From contig JBFHFF010000008.1 of assembly GCA_041583775.1 (NCBI GenBank), forward strand, positions 1 through 60,969: DNA of 60,969 nucleotides. The letters are read 5' to 3'. The DNA comes from Candidatus Moraniibacteriota bacterium. Lineage in GTDB: Bacteria > Patescibacteriota > Minisyncoccia > Moranbacterales > DUUL01. The translations under genes and the position numbers were made by a program. Below the pieces are notes generated by a model. The model was given only the letters and a program-made list of their open reading frames with translations, searched no databases and was not told the DNA's origin. Positions 47,310 to 56,713 of the stretch are shown here, one piece after another; the stretch's first letter is position 1, and each line of letters starts with the position of its first letter.

Positions 47310-49214
47310 CTATTTCTTTTCTTCTTCTTTCTTGTCTTCAGCTTCTGCTTCTTTCACATTATCACCCTCCTTTTTCTCTCCTCCTGGTTTCGCCTCAGCT
47401 TGTGCTTGTTGAGCTGCTTTATACATCTCTTCACCAATCTTCTGCGCTTCAGTTGAAAGTTCTTCAGAAGCTTTTTTGATAGCTTCTACATCATCTCCAT
47501 CCTTTACTTTTTTCAACGCTTCAATTTTCTCATCGACTGTTTTTTTCTTCTCAGTATCAACCTTATCACCAGCCTCTTTCAGCATTTTTTCTGTTGAATG
47601 AACCAGCGAATCTGCTGCATTTTTCACTTCAATTGTTTCTGCTCTCTTTTTGTCTTCTTCAGCATGCAACTCAGCATCTTTCTTCATTTTCTCAATTTCT
47701 TCATCACTCATCCCACTGGAAGCTTCAATTCTGATTGATTGCTCTTTATTAGTAGCCTTATCAACCGCTTTAACATTCAAAATTCCGTTTGCATCAATAT
47801 CAAAAGATACTTCAATTTGAGGAACACCTCTTGGTGCTGGTGGAATTCCATCTAGCATAAATCTTCCAAGTGGTTTATTGTCAGCGGCCATTTTTCTTTC
47901 ACCTTGCAAAACATGAATCTCGACTCCTGGCTGATTATCAGCTGCAGTTGAAAATATTTGAGATTTTGTTGTTGGAATGGTTGTGTTTCTCTCAATTAAT
48001 GGGGTTAGAATTCCTCCCATTGTTTCAATTCCAAGCGTTAAAGGTGTGACATCAAGCAAAAGTACATCTTTTACATCTCCTTGCAAAACTCCCCCTTGAA
48101 TTGCAGCACCCATAGCCACAACTTCATCAGGATTTACACTTGTTGATGGTTTTTTTCCAAAAAATTCTTCCACCTTCTTTAGAACCAACGGCATTCTTGT
48201 CATTCCCCCAACCATCACAACTTCATTGATGTCTGATGTTTTCAACCCTGCATCTTCCAAAGCTTTCTTTACTGGCTCCAAAGTTCTGTCTACAAGATCT
48301 CCAACCAACTCTTCGAGTTTCGCTCGAGAAATTTTCATCACAAGATGTTTTGGACCTTCTGCTCCCGAAGTAATAAAAGGTTGATTGATTTCAGTTTCTT
48401 GTGCCGTTGAAAGTTCAATTTTTGCTTTCTCAGCAGATTCCTTGATTCTTTGTAACGCAAGAGGATCTTTTGATAAATCAACTCCTTCTTGTTTTTTAAA
48501 CTCATCTAGAATCCAAGAGATTACTTTCTCATCGAAATCATCACCCCCAAGATATGTATCACCATTTGTAGATTTTACCTCAACAGTATCTTCTGCAACT
48601 TCCAAAATCGAGATATCAAAAGTTCCACCTCCAAGATCATATACAGCTATTTTCTCATCTTTCTTTTTATTAAAACCATACGCAAGCGCAGCAGCTGTTG
48701 GTTCATTAATGATCCTTCTAACCTTCAAACCAGCAATTTCTCCAGCATCTTTAGTTGCTTTTCGTTGTGCATCATCAAAATAAGCAGGAACTGTAATCAC
48801 AGCTTCTTCAATTTTTTCTCCGAGCTTTTCCTCAGCGTCAGCTTTCAATTTTTGCAAAATCATTGCAGAAATCTCAGCTGGTCGATAAGTTTTTCCACTC
48901 ATTGTGATATTAACAGCTCCGTTTTTACCTTCTGTAATCTTGAAAGGTAGCTTAGTTGCAGTTTCCTTCACCTCACTGTCAGAAAAACTTCTCCCAATTA
49001 AACGCTTTGCCGAGTAAATAGTGTTTTCTGGATTTGTTACTGCTTGTCTCTTAGCTAAAAGACCAGCCAATCTTTCACCGTTTTTGTTAATTGCAACAAT
49101 AGAAGGTGTTGTTCTATTTCCCTCTTTGTTTTCAACAATCGTTGGGGATCCTCCTTCTACAATAGCCATTGCAGAATTTGTCGTTCCCAAATCGATTCCT
49201 AGGATTTTTCCCAT
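47310..49214 (-). CDS. dnaK: Chaperone DnaK (Hsp70)
   Basis: [17 protein letters not shown]... and [10 protein letters not shown]. 634 aa. Confidence 0.98.
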   Translation of the reverse strand: MGKILGIDLGTTNSAMAIVEGGSPTIVENKEGNRTTPSIVAINKNGERLAGLLAKRQAVTNPENTIYSAKRLIGRSFSDSEVKETATKLPFKITEGKNGAVNITMSGKTYRPAEISAMILQKLKADAEEKLGEKIEEAVITVPAYFDDAQRKATKDAGEIAGLKVRRIINEPTAAALAYGFNKKKDEKIAVYDLGGGTFDISILEVAEDTVEVKSTNGDTYLGGDDFDEKVISWILDEFKKQEGVDLSKDPLALQRIKESAEKAKIELSTAQETEINQPFITSGAEGPKHLVMKISRAKLEELVGDLVDRTLEPVKKALEDAGLKTSDINEVVMVGGMTRMPLVLKKVEEFFGKKPSTSVNPDEVVAMGAAIQGGVLQGDVKDVLLLDVTPLTLGIETMGGILTPLIERNTTIPTTKSQIFSTAADNQPGVEIHVLQGERKMAADNKPLGRFMLDGIPPAPRGVPQIEVSFDIDANGILNVKAVDKATNKEQSIRIEASSGMSDEEIEKMKKDAELHAEEDKKRAETIEVKNAADSLVHSTEKMLKEAGDKVDTEKKKTVDEKIEALKKVKDGDDVEAIKKASEELSTEAQKIGEEMYKAAQQAQAEAKPGGEKKEGDNVKEAEAEDKKEEEKK

Positions 49215-49343
49215 AATATTAATTTAGTTTAATTTATTAAATTGAATTTTCGGAGATTATTTCAAAACATATTCTGGAATAATCTCTTTTCAAATCCACA
49301 TCCTTAGCGACGCTAAGCATCGCCAAGGTGTGAACTCAAACAC

Positions 49344-49793
49344 TTATTTGATCTTAACTTCGATTTTTCTTGGTTTAACATCCTCGGCCTTTGGCAAAGT
49401 AACTGTTAAAACCCCTTTTTCGAATTTAGCCTCTGCTTTATCACCTTTCACTTTGGTTGGCAATGTTACGCTTCGACTAAAAGATCCGTAACTCATTTCT
49501 TTTCGATAATAGTCTGCTCTTTCGACTTCTTTTTTGCTCTCACGGTGTCCACTAACCGTTAGAACATTATTTTCCACTGAAACTTCCACTTTATCAGTGG
49601 CAATTCCTGGGACTTCCATTTCCACAATCACATCATCTTTCTTTTGATAGATGTCAACTGCTGGCATAAAGTCTCCGCCAAAAGTTTCCTGATCGAGTCC
49701 ACGAACCAAGTCATGGAATGGATCCCACGCGACTAAATGTCTTCCTCTCATCGATTTGTGTCTTCCTGTTGCTGTGCAAAAGCTCAACAACAT
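49344..49793 (-). CDS. Small heat-shock protein, Hsp20/alpha-crystallin family
   Basis: Alpha-crystallin core PAVDIYQKKDDVIVEMEVPGI...GVLTVTLPK. The likely true start is the internal ATG at 49751 (MRGRHLVAWDPF). Confidence 0.9.
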   Translation of the reverse strand: MLLSFCTATGRHKSMRGRHLVAWDPFHDLVRGLDQETFGGDFMPAVDIYQKKDDVIVEMEVPGIATDKVEVSVENNVLTVSGHRESKKEVERADYYRKEMSYGSFSRSVTLPTKVKGDKAEAKFEKGVLTVTLPKAEDVKPRKIEVKIK

Positions 49794-49859
49794 TCAGAAA
49801 TTAATTTATTATCTATTTGAGATACCCTTATTTTTATAAAATACTCTCCGCTTTCCCTC

Positions 49860-50858
49860 CTAGCCAATTTCAACCGTTGCTGGACGAATAACTTTTTCTC
49901 CTAATTGATATCCTTTCTTAAGAATCTTCTTTATTTTTTGTTCTCCATCAGCATTTTTCTCTTCAGATTTCAATACATCATGAATCAGTTCATTTACACT
50001 ATCACCCTCTCTTGTTGGAATTTCCGTAACTCCATTACTTTCTAAAACCCCAAGTAACTGATTCTTGATATGCATCACTCCGATCACCCATCCTTCATCC
50101 TTCTGTTCCTCTGGAATATGCTCTGTTGCCATTTCAAAATTATCAATTACTGGCAAAATTTCTAAAATGAAATTTTCTAAACAGAATTTACGAAACTCAT
50201 CATTTGCCCTTTCAGTTCTTTTTTTGAAATTATCGAAATCAGCTAATGTTCTGTGCCAACCAACAAGAGATCTTTCCAATTCCATACGATTTTTAGCTTC
50301 TTTGATGGTTTCTTTTTTTTCTGCTTCAAATCCCTTGTCTTCAAGTAATTCAATCGCTTCATTAAAAGAAAGCCATTTAAATTCAGTGTGTTCATTGTCT
50401 CTCAATTCAACCTCTGTATCTTTTGTAAATGCTATATATCTAAGCCCTCTTTTTTCCGATTTAAATGCTTTATGTTCTTTCGAAAACTCCACCACATTAA
50501 TAATCGGCCCAATCTCTACATTTAAACCCGTCTCTTCCAACACTTCTCTCTCAATTGCCTCTTGAATTGTTTCACCCTTATCAATATGTCCGCCTGGCAA
50601 ATCCCATTTTTCAGGGTTTAGAGAGTTTTTAGTCCTTTTTAAAAGAAGAATTTTATGTTCAGAGTTAAGCACCACAATTTTCACGGTAATCGCCATTGGT
50701 CTTATAGCATCGTCTTCAAGCTGATGTTTTTTTAACTCTTTTTCATCCTTAATGCTTGTCCTTTTTTTAACCTTATCCATAAATTTCATCTTAAATTTTT
50801 TATTTCTTATTATTATCCTAGTTATTAAGCACTTTAGTGGTTTTTGCAATCTAATCAA
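49860..50858 (-). CDS. grpE: Nudix hydrolase - GrpE fusion protein
   Basis: The N-terminal half has a complete Nudix box GGHIDKGETIQEAIEREVLEETGL. The C-terminal half is GrpE (LADFDNFKKRTERANDEF, ILPVIDNFEMA, GYQLGEKVIRPATVEIG). The track start is a TTG overlapping the hrcA stop; ATG alternatives are at 50789 and 50780. Confidence 0.8.
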   Translation of the reverse strand: MIRLQKPLKCLITRIIIRNKKFKMKFMDKVKKRTSIKDEKELKKHQLEDDAIRPMAITVKIVVLNSEHKILLLKRTKNSLNPEKWDLPGGHIDKGETIQEAIEREVLEETGLNVEIGPIINVVEFSKEHKAFKSEKRGLRYIAFTKDTEVELRDNEHTEFKWLSFNEAIELLEDKGFEAEKKETIKEAKNRMELERSLVGWHRTLADFDNFKKRTERANDEFRKFCLENFILEILPVIDNFEMATEHIPEEQKDEGWVIGVMHIKNQLLGVLESNGVTEIPTREGDSVNELIHDVLKSEEKNADGEQKIKKILKKGYQLGEKVIRPATVEIG

Positions 50859-51628
50859 ATCAGATTAATCACGCTATGAGTTCCAGCTGCTGCAATAAAT
50901 ATAATTTTAGTCCCTTTATTATTAAAGAATCCTTTCACAAAATCAATTAGGTTCTTATTTTTATCATATTCCATTCTTTTAGGACCAATAATTGCCAACA
51001 CCCCCCTTTCACCACTTTCTAGTCGATATGGAGAAATAATCATTGAACAGTTTCTAATCTCCTCAATTGGGTTCTCTTCTCCTATAAAAATCTTCGTCTC
51101 ACCATCTTCTAATTGTTCTAGAATCTTTTCCATTTTTTCATCAATAACATCGAGGGATGCAGAAATTCTAGAAACCTCATCAAGCTTATTAAATTCAGGA
51201 TCATTCATTAGGGTATACATTCCAAAATCGTAATAATCTTTTTTCTCAATCATTCCAGAAAAAGCCAAGCATTTTGATGACATTGAAAGTGTTCTTGCCA
51301 AGGTTCTTGAAAGTCTAGTGTTTTGAGCTTTCATTTTTAACATTTCAACTTGCAAATTTCTTTGATCTTCTTGATTTAGCTCACGCTTTTTCAAAAGGTG
51401 ATCTATAAAATAACGATAACCAAAATCGGATGGAATTCTTCCAGCAGACACATGTGGTTTTAATAGAAAACCTATCCTTTCAAGCTCCAACATTTCATTG
51501 CGAATTGTTGCTGAAGATATATTATCTTTAAAGTTCTTTGTAATGGAGGAACTGCTGACTGGAATAGCCGTTTTTGTGTATTCTTGAACTATTAAACTTA
51601 AGATTTTTCCTTGTCTATCTGTAAGCAT
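50855..51628 (-). CDS. hrcA: Heat-inducible transcription repressor HrcA (compact, 257 aa)
   Basis: MLTDRQGKILSLIVQEYTKTAIPVSSSSI...ISSATIRNEMLELERIGFLLKPHVSAGRIPSDFGYRYFIDHLL. A CIRCE operator lies upstream. Confidence 0.88.
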   Translation of the reverse strand: MLTDRQGKILSLIVQEYTKTAIPVSSSSITKNFKDNISSATIRNEMLELERIGFLLKPHVSAGRIPSDFGYRYFIDHLLKKRELNQEDQRNLQVEMLKMKAQNTRLSRTLARTLSMSSKCLAFSGMIEKKDYYDFGMYTLMNDPEFNKLDEVSRISASLDVIDEKMEKILEQLEDGETKIFIGEENPIEEIRNCSMIISPYRLESGERGVLAIIGPKRMEYDKNKNLIDFVKGFFNNKGTKIIFIAAAGTHSVINLI

Positions 51629-51649
51629 TCCTTTTGGTTAATTTCTTAT

Positions 51650-51676
51650 TAGCAGTCTGTATACCTGACTGCTAAT
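51650..51676. promoter_or_regulatory. CIRCE-type operator (HrcA binding site)
   Basis: TTAGCAGTC-N9-GACTGCTAA, a perfect inverted repeat with a 9-nt spacer. The consensus is TTAGCACTC-N9-GAGTGCTAA. Lies just downstream of the hrcA promoter -10. Confidence 0.8.
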
Positions 51677-51680
51677 TTAA

Positions 51681-51709
51681 TTGTATGATACTCTGAAATA
51701 TTTGTCAAA
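51681..51709 (-). promoter_or_regulatory. Sigma-70 promoter of the hrcA operon
   Basis: Minus strand reads TTGACA (rc of 51704-51709), 17 nt, then TACAAT (rc of 51681-51686). Confidence 0.6.
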
Positions 51710-51859
51710 TATCCAGGAATCTGCTCAGAAATATTCATTTTTTACTATAATTTCAGGAATATTAAATAGTGCTGCTTTGCACAAAAAAAGTAGTTGCTTT
51801 ATAATGAACTGGAGGGATTTATCGTAGGAACTATTCGTATTCCTTTGGAATGTTTAGAT

Positions 51860-54517
51860 ATGAAAGATAACAAAGAAAAAAGTATCAAAATCGAACTTGA
51901 TTCCTTCTTGGTGAGCGTATGCAAAGATAAGAATTTACAACCTTTCTCTAACACATTTCGCTTTGAAGGTGAAAATCCCGCGCAAAACAAGCTTGGGGAA
52001 ATTTTTGGTGTAATCAGCTCCAAAGATCATTCCGAAGAATCGGCCTATCTCCCAAATCTTCTTTCGCAGGTTGCCAAAAGAGAATTTTTCTTAAAGCCAA
52101 ATCGTGGTACAGAAGAGAGTTTCGAAGCAGCTCTCAATAAAGTTAACTTGGCCCTAGCTGATCTTGCAGAACACGATGTCACCAATTGGATTAACAATTT
52201 AGATGCCGTTATCGGAGTCATCAATGAAAATGATTTCCACTTTACAAAACTTGGCGATGGACAAATTCTTCTTTCTAAAAATAAAAAAGTTGTCAATATT
52301 TCAGATGGGCTAAATGAAGATAAGAATGTACACCCAGTAAAAACCTTTTCTGATATTTCCTCTGGGACACTCTCCATTGACGATAAAATAATATTCTCAA
52401 CAAAAGAACTTTTTAAATCACTTTCTCAAGAAGAAATAAATCGTCACACAAAAACATTCACATCAAATGAATTCGACAATATCCTCAAGTCAACAGTGGA
52501 TCTTGAGGGCGAAGATGTTGGTGTTGTTATAGTCAATATCAAAAAGAAAAGTGTAATGCCAATCAAAGAGGAGAAGGATATAAAAAATTTAAATTTCTTT
52601 GGCGAAAGTGAGCTGTTTTCGGCAAGAAGTTCTCTTGGGAAAAGATGTCATTCGCTCAAAAACAAAGAAGTTGAAGATGAAAAAGTTGAAATAGAAATAA
52701 CGGAAAATAAACCAATAATTGCTCCTATTTCTTCGTTAATTCCCAAAAAAACACAAGGCGGAGAAATATATTTATCAAAAAAGGAACCGGGAGAAAAAGT
52801 AATAAAAAAACCAGTTGAATCCTTTCCAATCTCTCCTTTCGAAGAGAGTCGAGAACTTTTTATCAAAGAAACTGATAAAGATGAGTATAAACCTCAGATA
52901 GAGAAGGTTGACAATGAAACAGAAAAAAAATTTAATTCAGTTCTTGATAAAGTCAAACAAACACTCGATGAATTAAAGAAAAATAGTCCCATTTCTCCAA
53001 ATTCAATTCCACTGATTTCAAAGTTTAAAACAGATAAAACCGACGAAAACATTAGAGGCATGTCTTTCGCTAACGGCGTTTCTTATTTAACAGAACCATC
53101 AGAAGAAGCCTATAAGAAGGAAGAATTAGAAAATGAAAAACAAAGAATCCGCAAAGAAAAAAGTGATCTACGCTTAAAAAATGAAATCATAAGAGAAAAA
53201 GAAGAGCAAAACTTTAAAAGAATACAAAAAAATCTCGAGTCTTCAGCAAACAAACTAAAGCTAATTTTAAATTCTGTTAATTTTCCTGAAAAATTCAAAC
53301 GAGCCAAGCGACTGCTCTTTAAAACTATAATAAAAATAAAAGATTTTTACATAATAATCTACGAAAAAACCAACCAATTTTTTTCAAACAATAAAAGAAA
53401 ATTAACTTTTTCAAGCAAAAACAAATTTTCACCAGCGGTAAGCAAAGCCTCTTTAAAAAATGAGGGAATTGAATCAAATAAAAATCCTTTAAAGTACTTC
53501 ACTAAATTTTTAGGACACTCTTTTATAAAAAAGTTTGGAGGTGCTTTGCAATTTAAAAAAATTTTAAAATTACAAAAACTAATTTTAAAATTTACAAAGG
53601 AAAACAAAAAGGTTGTACTCATCGGCATAATTTCATTTTTAATTGTCATTTCTTTTTTTTCATTTCTCTTTAGAGAAAGAGTCCCTGAGGAAATTGTAAA
53701 TACTAACAAACAAGAAACTGAGGTACAACGAGCAACTCTTGGCAATCAACTAGAAACAACAACAATCGCAAACCTTGAATCAGAAATCCAGTCGATAACG
53801 GGCGACAAAGATGAACTATTTATATATACAACTTCTGAAAAATTCTTCAAATTAAACATTACAAACAATGAATTAACCGAAATTGCTCTTGGAGAAGATG
53901 TAAGAGGAATAAAATATCTTGTTTCTATGCCAACCTTAAGATTAATTTTCTTGATTTCAGAAGAAAATGTTTTTTCATATAGTCCAGTCGTGGACCGTTT
54001 AACAAGTGTTGATATAAAACTTCCGACGAATCTTGAAATTGGTGGTGTTGGGGTTTATCTTCAATATCTATATCTTCTAGACAAAAATTCAAACAACATT
54101 TATCAATTTCCACGAAAACCTGGCGGATTTAATAACTATAGAATTCGCATAGCCGATCAACAATCTTTCTCGACATCAATTGATTTAGCTGTTGGCGACT
54201 CCATTTTAGTTGCTTTAGAAAACGGAGAGGTTCAACAATATTTTGAAGGGAAATTGAAAAACACTTTCTCAACTAAGCCAGAAAAGGCTAAGGATATTAA
54301 GATCGTAGATATTGAAACGGTTGCAGACCCAGACAATGTTTATGCACTTGATTCAGAAAATGGTATCATTTCAAGGATTTCACAAGAAAATCCAACTGAA
54401 ACTGAAAGATTCTTCAACCAAAACTTCACAGAAGCTGAGCATCTTTGGATAAATGAAAAACAAGACAGAATTTTTGTTGTCACAAAAAATGGTGATGTTC
54501 TTAGGGCTTCTTTTTAA
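51860..54517 (+). CDS. Large membrane protein: degenerate PP2C-like N-terminal domain, K/E-rich linker, single TM, C-terminal beta-rich domain
   Basis: The track ORF begins at TTG 51794; the first ATG is 51860 (MKDNKEKSIK). The PP2C-like pattern is GEIFGVISS...FEAALNKVNLALADL...LDAVIGVINENDFHFTKLGDGQILL. TM is VVLIGIISFLIVISFFSFLF. Confidence 0.55.
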   Translation: MKDNKEKSIKIELDSFLVSVCKDKNLQPFSNTFRFEGENPAQNKLGEIFGVISSKDHSEESAYLPNLLSQVAKREFFLKPNRGTEESFEAALNKVNLALADLAEHDVTNWINNLDAVIGVINENDFHFTKLGDGQILLSKNKKVVNISDGLNEDKNVHPVKTFSDISSGTLSIDDKIIFSTKELFKSLSQEEINRHTKTFTSNEFDNILKSTVDLEGEDVGVVIVNIKKKSVMPIKEEKDIKNLNFFGESELFSARSSLGKRCHSLKNKEVEDEKVEIEITENKPIIAPISSLIPKKTQGGEIYLSKKEPGEKVIKKPVESFPISPFEESRELFIKETDKDEYKPQIEKVDNETEKKFNSVLDKVKQTLDELKKNSPISPNSIPLISKFKTDKTDENIRGMSFANGVSYLTEPSEEAYKKEELENEKQRIRKEKSDLRLKNEIIREKEEQNFKRIQKNLESSANKLKLILNSVNFPEKFKRAKRLLFKTIIKIKDFYIIIYEKTNQFFSNNKRKLTFSSKNKFSPAVSKASLKNEGIESNKNPLKYFTKFLGHSFIKKFGGALQFKKILKLQKLILKFTKENKKVVLIGIISFLIVISFFSFLFRERVPEEIVNTNKQETEVQRATLGNQLETTTIANLESEIQSITGDKDELFIYTTSEKFFKLNITNNELTEIALGEDVRGIKYLVSMPTLRLIFLISEENVFSYSPVVDRLTSVDIKLPTNLEIGGVGVYLQYLYLLDKNSNNIYQFPRKPGGFNNYRIRIADQQSFSTSIDLAVGDSILVALENGEVQQYFEGKLKNTFSTKPEKAKDIKIVDIETVADPDNVYALDSENGIISRISQENPTETERFFNQNFTEAEHLWINEKQDRIFVVTKNGDVLRASF

Positions 54518-54530
54518 TACTTAGAGCAAT

Positions 54531-54566
54531 AAAAAAGCTGGATGATCTAAATCATCCAGCTTTTTT
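54531..54566. terminator. Bidirectional intrinsic terminator
   Basis: AAAAAAGCTGGATGAT-CTAA-ATCATCCAGCTTTTTT. Confidence 0.8.
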
Positions 54567-54583
54567 ATAAAAATGAAATATGT

Positions 54584-55723
54584 TTAAGTTTCTATCTTTG
54601 GGAAATCAACATCTTCTCCCTCTAAGTCTAATTTGCCCTCTATGTCGGTAACTTTCATAATGTCTTTATCAATCTTTTTAAACTCCTTACTAGAGTTATT
54701 AAAATGATTAACTGTTGTTTTTAAAGTATTTCCAAGCTTATCATGATATACAGCATATTGATTTAGATGTTTCGCAAGTTTTTCAACATTTTTTTGAATT
54801 TCTTTTGCCGATTCTTCAATCTCTAAGGCTCGCAATCCTTGTAAAACTGTTTGTAAATAGGCCAAAAATGATGTGGGAGAAACAATAATTACATGCTTGT
54901 CTTTAAAGGCATATTCAATTAAATCCCTTGAGGAAACTTGAGCAGAACCAACCTTGTTAACTAATAAGTCATAATATATCGCTTCTGAAGGGATAAACAT
55001 AAAAGCAAAATCGACAGTTCCCTCGCTTGGTTTCACATATTTAGCAGTTTCATCAATTCTGTTTTTCAAATCTTGTTTAAATTGCTTTTCCAAAACCACT
55101 CTCTGATCAGATTCTGTACAATTAAGAAGTTTCTCATAGGTTTCCAAAGAAAATTTAGAATCAATTGGAATAACTTTTTCTTTGATAAAAACAACTGCAT
55201 CAACAATTGTTCCATCTTTAAAAGCATACTGCATTTGATAGCTATTTGGTGGCAATACATTTTTTAAGGTCTCTTCTAAAAAATATTCCCCCAACACGCC
55301 TCTTTGTTTTGGATTTTTTAAAATATCTTGTAGATTTTTTAATTGCGAAGAAAAATCCATTACTTGACGATTCGTTTCATCAAGTTTTGTCATTTTTTCT
55401 GTCACTCCAAGTAATTGCTTGTTAATTCTTGCTAAATAATCTTGGCTTTCTCGTGAAATATCTTGAATTACACGAATATTTTCGCTTGATTGACTCTTAG
55501 AAATCATATTGGATTCAGAAAGTTTTCGATCCAATTCTTGTTTATTTTCGGTTAACCTGTGATCTAGCGTTTGAATAACTTGACCCATTTGTTGTTGCAA
55601 CATCAAAAGCTCTTTCCCTTCATCCTCAGTCTGAATACTAGAAAATTTTTGATTAAGAAAAAAAACCAAACCAACAAAACAAACAATAATTACAACGCCA
55701 ATAATAACAATTTCAGTCCCCAT
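54584..55723 (-). CDS. rmuC: DNA recombination protein RmuC
   Basis: N-terminal TM, coiled coil, then the RmuC nuclease-like core (...VDFAFMFIPSEAIYYDLL...VIIVSPTSFLAYLQTV). Confidence 0.85.
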   Translation of the reverse strand: MGTEIVIIGVVIIVCFVGLVFFLNQKFSSIQTEDEGKELLMLQQQMGQVIQTLDHRLTENKQELDRKLSESNMISKSQSSENIRVIQDISRESQDYLARINKQLLGVTEKMTKLDETNRQVMDFSSQLKNLQDILKNPKQRGVLGEYFLEETLKNVLPPNSYQMQYAFKDGTIVDAVVFIKEKVIPIDSKFSLETYEKLLNCTESDQRVVLEKQFKQDLKNRIDETAKYVKPSEGTVDFAFMFIPSEAIYYDLLVNKVGSAQVSSRDLIEYAFKDKHVIIVSPTSFLAYLQTVLQGLRALEIEESAKEIQKNVEKLAKHLNQYAVYHDKLGNTLKTTVNHFNNSSKEFKKIDKDIMKVTDIEGKLDLEGEDVDFPKIET

Positions 55724-55749
55724 ATTTATTTTTTAATATTCAAATTCAA

Positions 55750-56670
55750 CTAGCTCCATCTATGAGCATCAGCAGTTGATTTCACTCTTGCAAAAGCACT
55801 ATCAACCTCTTTTTGTATCTTTCTAAGCAAGATATCTTTATCATCTCTTTTAAAAAGATGCTTGAATCTTCCCTGTGTTTTATAAAACTCTTCAATTGAT
55901 TTTCGCTCTTTTGGTTCATAGGAAAGTTTATAATGACCATTTTCAATTTCGTATAATGGCCAAAAATTTGTTTCCGTACCAAGCTTTGCAATCTCAAATG
56001 TTTTTGATGAAGGATATTGCCAAAGCGCAACACAAGGAGAAAAAACAAGAATAAATTTTGGACCCTTAATACTAAAAGCTTTTTTCACCTTTGCTTTAAA
56101 ATCTTCCAAAAAACCAATGTTAGCGGTTGCAGCATATGGGATATGGTGTCCAGCTACAATGGCCATAATATCCTTTCTTTTATTTTCTTTTCCAAAAGAT
56201 TCTTTTCCAACTGGAGTTGTTTGCGTTCCAGCACCCAAAGGAGTAGCTCCGCTTCTTTGATTTCCAGTATTCATATATGCTCCATTATCATAGCAAACAT
56301 AGAGAAAATCATGCCCTCTTTCAAGCGCACCTGAAAGAGCTTGGAATCCTATATCATAAGTTCCTCCATCACCACCAAAGGCAACTACTTTAACTTTATC
56401 GCTAACTTTTTTTTGCTTACTCAAAGACTTAACTGCCGCCTCAATTCCCGAAGCAGTCGCTCCTGCATTCCCAAAAACACTGTGGATATAAGGGACCTTC
56501 CAAGATGTGTTGGGATATATAGTAGATGTAACTTCCATACATCCAGTCGCATTTGTAACCACAATTGGATCATCTGTGGCATTTAGGACTGTTCTTGCAA
56601 CGACACCAATTGGGCAACCAGCACAAGTTGTTGCCGCAGTAAATTTTTGTCCTTTGTATTTATTATTCAT
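55750..56670 (-). CDS. porB: 2-oxoacid (pyruvate):ferredoxin oxidoreductase beta subunit (TPP-binding)
   Basis: CAGCPIG cluster cysteines and TPP motif GGDGGTYDIGFQALSGALERGHDFLYVCYDNGAYMNTGNQ. Confidence 0.9.
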   Translation of the reverse strand: MNNKYKGQKFTAATTCAGCPIGVVARTVLNATDDPIVVTNATGCMEVTSTIYPNTSWKVPYIHSVFGNAGATASGIEAAVKSLSKQKKVSDKVKVVAFGGDGGTYDIGFQALSGALERGHDFLYVCYDNGAYMNTGNQRSGATPLGAGTQTTPVGKESFGKENKRKDIMAIVAGHHIPYAATANIGFLEDFKAKVKKAFSIKGPKFILVFSPCVALWQYPSSKTFEIAKLGTETNFWPLYEIENGHYKLSYEPKERKSIEEFYKTQGRFKHLFKRDDKDILLRKIQKEVDSAFARVKSTADAHRWS

Positions 56671-56713
56671 ATTTTAGTTTCAAATCTAAAGCTTATTTAA
56701 ATTTCTCTTAATT

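Noticed and set aside
49303-49317. CTTAGCGACGCTAAG palindrome between hsp20 and dnaK, considered as a second CIRCE operator.
   Set aside because: Only TTAGC/GCTAA half-site fragments are present, with a 1-nt rather than 9-nt spacer. It is more likely a simple hairpin or partial attenuator.
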